64,000 nt of DNA from the human T2T-CHM13v2.0 reference genome, Homo sapiens. The first letter of the stretch is position 1. Every line of letters begins with the position of its first letter. Under the pieces are notes generated by a model, which worked only from the letters and a program-made list of their open reading frames with translations, had not been told where the DNA came from and did not search any database. The stretch is taken from assembly GCF_009914755.1 (NCBI RefSeq), contig NC_060942.1; one strand, 5' to 3'. Positions 58,495 to 64,000 of the stretch are shown here, in pieces. A program made the translations under genes and the position numbers.

Positions 58495-58901
58495 CTACCC
58501 AGGTTCCTGAGAAGAAACAGGTGGTGCACTCAAATTGGATAATTTGAGTTGAGTTACGATGATAATACTTACCTAGGTGTGGGCAGGTTATTACCATCCA
58601 TAGGTCTGAAGGGGCAAGGGTCAAGAGCATGGAGAAGACGTTACTTGATAAGAAGAGTAGCCTTCAGTAGAGGCATGCAGCCAACCTGTACAACTTCCAA
58701 AGGGAAGGAGCTATGCTAAAAATACCCTAGCCTGACAGTCCTCCTGCCCTTTGATCTCCTGCCAGTGCCTCCCATTGGCCGAATGAAACTGAAATCAGGG
58801 ATAAAGGAAGACTGTGATGTAGTCCCTCCAGCTCCTGGAGCACAGAACAGGGTGGAAAAGTGAAGAGAAAGGCTCTGGAGGAGCAAAGAGTCTCCAGCAC
58901 A
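58495..58901 (-). mobile_element. LTR33 (ERVL) solo LTR
   Basis: gaaacaggtggtgcactcaaattgg, ctgaaggggcaagggg, gatctcctgccagtgcctcccattggccgaa, cacagaacagggtgga...ccagcaca. Confidence 0.8.
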
Positions 58902-60099
58902 ACTTCTTTGAGCCAGATTGACTCTCATGCCCACTTTTTTATAACATTACATTCACACTGGGTTTTACTTAAAAAATCACACTAGGGATTTTACCCTCAT
59001 AATAGGCTGTGAGAAAAAAGAAAAGATGATAAGGAAAGATAACATCTTCTTCATTTTTGTATATCTAGTGCCCAGGACAGTGCTGAAATTTAGTAAGAAC
59101 TCAATAAATGTGCAATGAGCCACTTTCTCAAAGCTTATAAAAACCTAAAAATCAAAGTTATTTCAGTTATGAATATAATTATTAGTTTAGTTTTGTTAAG
59201 AAAAAAGAATTTTTTAATATTGACTTAGGGCGTTGAGGTGATAATTAATGCCTTACTGTCTCAAGATTAGTATATATTGAGTTTCACATGAGGACTTATT
59301 TCTCTTTATTCACTTAAAAAACAAGTGTTTAATAATGACATACTATGTGCCTGTCATTATGCTAGGTATAGATGCAACAGTGACAGTCTGTTGTCCCTGC
59401 CATCGAGAGTTTAGAGGCAGTCCTAAATATTTAATTCAAATTGTCTTCTTCCTGCTATCCAGCATGATTTACTGTGTTGTTAATCATTGTGTGTCTGGGG
59501 AAAGCTAATATTTGCCAAAGCAAAACATAATTTGGAAAGTAAATCTTTCTTCCCAAACCTGAAAGTCAATTCCAAAGAGTAAAGGGCACTTTTGTTTTTT
59601 TTCTAGGCTTATCTAGATTTTCTTCATTATCATTAAAAAAGGTTGACTCTGTGTGTGCACGTGTGTGTACGCGCACCTGCATATGCTCATCCCATCTGTG
59701 TGCGTTTTTATGTACATTTCATATATAAAATTTTAATATAAGCGCAACCGTTCTGGGATGAGTCAGTAAATAAGCTTAACCAAATTGAGCACTTTCCCAT
59801 CTTGGCTTCTCTCTTGAGCTGTGGGATACATCACAATCTGCTTTCAGCATTGCAGTGACAAAGAAAATGCTTTTCCCAACATTCTCTCCATTGAACCTAG
59901 CAGAGAAGTGATTCACTCACTGGAAGCTGATGACCTCTGGAATGGGTAAATGATGCACACTCCCCATAAAGCTCCTTATGGCTATTCTACAAAAGCCTTG
60001 ATTTTGGAATACACCTGGATGAGAGGATTGCATAATAGTTTCCAGATGTGACCATTTAAAAAATTATCCATAGAGATATTGGGATTTGGCCAGCTTTTC

Positions 60100-60330
60100 T
60101 TGGGCATCAAGTGTCAGGTACTATAGTATAAATATGCCACAGAATAGGTACATTTTCACATTTAGAATCCACAAAACTTCTATGAGGTGCATACTATTAT
60201 TGCCTGCAGTCAGACAGGAGGGAGCTGAGGTTCAGAGATGTTAAGTAATTTGGCTAAACTGGTGCAACCAGTAAGTAGAAGAACCAGGACTAGAACACAA
60301 AACTGACTAGTCTCCAGACTTTGTGACTTT
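60100..60330 (-). mobile_element. MIR SINE
   Basis: ctatgaggtgcatactattatt...gctgaggttcagagatgttaagtaatttggc. Confidence 0.65.
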
Positions 60331-60644
60331 GATGAATAACTCTATTATCTGTTCTTCCCAATTGTTCTTAACTTCTTACCTCTCCTTATTCTCCCTGTTT
60401 TCTTTATTGAGGTCACTAACTTGCAAATACTTGAATTAAGATGAGAACTGCTTGGTCAGAGACCTGATTTAAGTGACAGCTCTAAAAGTGACCCAGAAGA
60501 TTGTTTTAAGCTACTAGCTAACAAGAATTACAAGAATTTGTTAAAACTTACTAAGGGTTTTATTTGACATTGAGTCAAATAAAATCAACAGTCATTAATG
60601 ATTCATATTCTAAATGGTTTGCCTTCCACATAGTCTTAAAAAGG

Positions 60645-60790
60645 CCATGTGGCACAGTGGAAAGAATACTGGAATGAGAATCCGAAGTCTTGGATTTGAA
60701 TCCACTTCAGTTACCAAAGAGCCTGACAAGTAAGTTTTCTTTTGAAACCTGATTTTCAAAACTTGTGAGGTCATTTTCATCTCCAACCTA
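60645..60790 (+). mobile_element. MIR fragment
   Basis: tgtggcacagtggaaagaatactggaatgagaatccgaag...tggatttgaatcc. Confidence 0.5.
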
Positions 60791-60897
60791 ATATTATCTG
60801 GCTTGTGAACACTATTAGTTTATTTAGTGCTTCTCATAGAAGCCAGTGTGATTTCATATACAGCCTCTGATGATATTAAAAAATCAAATTAAATTAT

Positions 60898-61344
60898 TGT
60901 TAGAGAAAATGTTCTTCAATGATACTTGATGAAACATGGTAAGGAAGACATTATTCAGGACCATCACAATGGAATTTCTGAAATGAAGGAGAAAGATTGG
61001 GCTCAACTCTGAGTACAGCATGGGCAAGTGGGAATTTATAGCCAAAAGCAGGGCAGGGGTCAGTGCATGGAAAGTTACTCAGAGGTAACATTAGGAGTAG
61101 GAGGGATTCAGGCTAAACTGACCTAACAAGATTCTTGCTGAAGACAGGCCAGGATGACCAGACATCACATGGGGGATGGTGGAGGATGAGGAAGTTGGTC
61201 ATATATTGAGGGTGGAGGGGTTCTTGCTAAACTGATTTAGCAAGATTCTTTATAAAACTGGATTTTACAAGGAAGAGCACGGATGGGACTAGGAGAAGTT
61301 TCAGGAGCCTGACTAAAGTTTGGACAAGTAAAGAATCTTTGTCA
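60898..61344 (-). mobile_element. MER31-like ERV1 solo LTR
   Basis: tgttagagaaaa...gattgggctcaactctga...gttcttgctaaactgatttagcaagatt...caggagcctgactaaagtttgg...ctttgtca, TG/CA termini. Confidence 0.85.
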
Positions 61345-62874
61345 CCATGCACGGCATTTATTTAGGTTTTTAAAAGGCAGACTGCAGGGGATTGATTGAA
61401 ATTGTAAGATTTCACGTTGTTACTGACTAACGTCATCTATAGGCTTATATGTTTAGAAGTTTTCAAGTTAGGTAATGGTGGAAAAATTAGTAGTGGGGAG
61501 GCAATGCTGCTTGTTAATTTCAAAGATAATTCAGTTTCTGGGATCTGAAACAGAGCAATTGCTCATCTACCATATTGCAGTGAATGAATGGAGAGGACTG
61601 GGCCAGACGGCTGTCAGGGCATCTGCGTCTCTTTCTGGAGCTGGTAGTAGAGGAGCATACTGATGTAAGGACGTCATTTGGTTTTCATGTGATCTCCCTT
61701 TCAATCAAGTGGAACATGAGGGGTAGAGGATGTGTGTGGGATATGGAAACGCGTTAGAGAGGAAATAATTCAGATGCCAGCACCTAGAATAGGAAATATA
61801 TTCAAATCCTACACTTTAGGAAAGACAAAAATATATTAATACATAAATGTTACTTCTATTCTTGATACTATCATTTCGATTCCTCTTTACACAAATAGAA
61901 GAGGAAACTTTGTTTCTGTAATGTTGGCTCAGAATGGTCTTTCTGCCTGGTTTAAGAAAAGTTGCCTTGAATCATATGATTTAGTCTGATGAATATATTC
62001 TAAGATAAAGATGAGTTATTAAATGAAGTCTGAATAGGACTCACTGTGCTCAAATTTTATCATCTCACCAGTGGTGTAAATATTATGAATGAAAGCCAGG
62101 AACATATGGCTTAAAACTCAATAACACAGGCAATGAGGCAAAATATCCCTGTATCTATGTGCTATCCAAAATTAGAAGTTAGATTCCTATCCCTCCCTGA
62201 AGAGAACATATTTCTGATGTTTGTTATGAAATTTATGAAGAAATGGGGCTTATTTTTCGTGATTTTTATTTACAGCCTATTTTGCTCACATATACCTCTT
62301 TTGTAAAGCAAGCACACCTAGAGCATACAGAGGCCACAGGGGTGTACCTTTCTTCATAGCTGTTCACAGTAAAATATATTTGCTGGGGCAAAAAATAGTC
62401 TTTTACCAGAAATCTAACAGAACAAAAATGCTCATTTTCTTATGCGTTACTTTAATATCTTCTCTCCTATGTCAGAAACACACAATCTTCTCTTCTATCA
62501 CTAGGTAAAATATGCAAAAGATTTGAATGGCAATTCACAGGAAAACATTTTTCATTTCGTTTGCATGAGTGCAGTTGTGAGGCTAAACAAAACTCAGGTA
62601 CTATTGAAAATTTAAAGTCTCCCTAATGAAAAAATAGATTTTAAGGTCAAGTAAAAACAACAGAAATTACTAATTATCTGCTGTAATTAAAAAAATTACT
62701 TCATGAGTACTGTCTTGTAACATTTCTTCTTCAAAGACACTGCCTATAAGTGCTCTATTAACTTAACCACTTCTGTGTTTGCATTTATCTGTGAGCAAAG
62801 GTAAAATCCATGGACTAGGGAGAATTACACACATGAGTTATCAATCTGTGTCAGTATTTGCAACACTATTTGCT

Positions 62875-63230
62875 ACACATCCTTTCTCTTTTCCTTTTTT
62901 CAGTTTTCTGTTCCTCTTACCTTCACTTAATTTGTCTTTGCCATTTATATTTCTTCCAATTCTTTTTTCTTTTTCTCTGATTCTTTTTGTCTTTTTCTTT
63001 CTTTTCTCTTTGATCTTTATACTTCTCAGCTCTCCCATTAACTTCTCTTTTCTTACTTCCCACATATCTTCTGTTTTTATTTTTTCTTGTTTCAAAAGAT
63101 CCCCTCTCACGTGTGTTTTATATTTTATTTCATTACCTGTTTAGTCTAGTCATTTCTTCCTCAATTTACTTTTTCCCCTTTCCATTTCCTCTGCCGCCTC
63201 TCTCTCTCACCTCTGGTCTCACTAGAAGGA
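62875..63230. repeat. Pyrimidine-rich (CT) low-complexity tract
   Basis: Long T/C-dominated stretch; explains the Phe-rich and Lys-rich ORFs in the track. Confidence 0.8.
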
Positions 63231-63703
63231 GGAAACACTTTTCCTTGCACACATCAATTGGTTAAAACCCTTTGCTGCTCTAGTGTAACTGAATTTTACA
63301 ACTGTCCACATATTTTCTCCTAAACAATAACTTTTGACTAGCTGCACATAAGTTGACCAATACCCAATGACTGTCCCCCAACCCCCAGCCAAAAGAAAAG
63401 AGAAACAAAAACCCACAAATATGTCTGAGTGTATTAATCAGTTTGAATGTACCCATAGACTTATTAAACTAAAGATGAGAACATTTAACTGGTCAGACCT
63501 ACTACCTCTTTAAAATCACTACTTCTGTCAAAATGAAATATGACGTGGCAAAGTCGCTGCCTATGCCAGAGCAAGTAACACTCAGGGTTTAAAAGAAATT
63601 TAAAGGAAATGCTAAAACAAATCATTTTGGAAATACCACCTTCTAATCAAAAGCTAGAAACCAAGAGGTGTGTTTTCTCATATATCACTGCTTAGTTGAT
63701 ATA

Positions 63704-64000
63704 CAGCCGTTCTTTGGCATCTGTGGGGAATCCATTCTAGGATCTCTCAAGGATACCAAAATTGAAGATGCTAAGTCTCTGATATAAAATTGTGTAGTAT
63801 TTGCATATAACTCATACAGATCCTCTCATATCCTTTAAATAAACTCTAGATTACTTATAATACCTAATACAATGTAAATGCTGTGCAAATAGTTTTTATG
63901 CTGTATTTTTAAAAATTGCATTATTTTTATTGTTATTTTGTGGTTTTTTTTTTCCTAAATATTTTCTTTTCCTGTTTGGTTGAATTCACTGATGTGAAAC
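63704..64000. mobile_element. MER2 (TcMar-Tigger) DNA transposon, runs off the window end
   Basis: ta|cagccgttctttggcatctgtgggg...ggataccaaaat...gtagtatttgcatataac...ctctagattacttataatacctaatacaatgtaaatgct. Confidence 0.85.

Noticed and set aside
62779-63144. 121-aa hydrophobic ORF and opposite-strand Lys-rich ORF
   Set aside because: Artefacts of a CT-rich low-complexity tract.

Overview
Primate (very likely great ape/human) AT-rich, transposon-dense genomic DNA with no convincing host protein-coding exon. Main content: two full-length but decayed LINE-1 copies on + (L1PA4-6-like at 1.7-7.9 kb, which keeps an open antisense ORF0; L1PA13-like at 49.0-55.9 kb), several 5'-truncated young L1PA2-5 inserts, many Alus, and old L1M/L2/MIR, MaLR/ERVL/ERV1 LTR and DNA-transposon relics (MADE1, MER85, MER5, MER2). 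There are also three L1-machinery-type retrocopies: a full-CDS processed ATAD1 pseudogene (- strand, nested in an L1MA and interrupted by an AluSc), a short LIMK1-derived LIM2/PDZ fragment that may be semi-processed, and a ~65-nt polyadenylated ERV1-LTR transcript end with a perfect 15-bp TSD. I do not see a novel multi-gene system. Repeat subfamily names and parent-gene matches come from recalled consensus/protein sequences, not database searches, and boundaries of old repeats are approximate.
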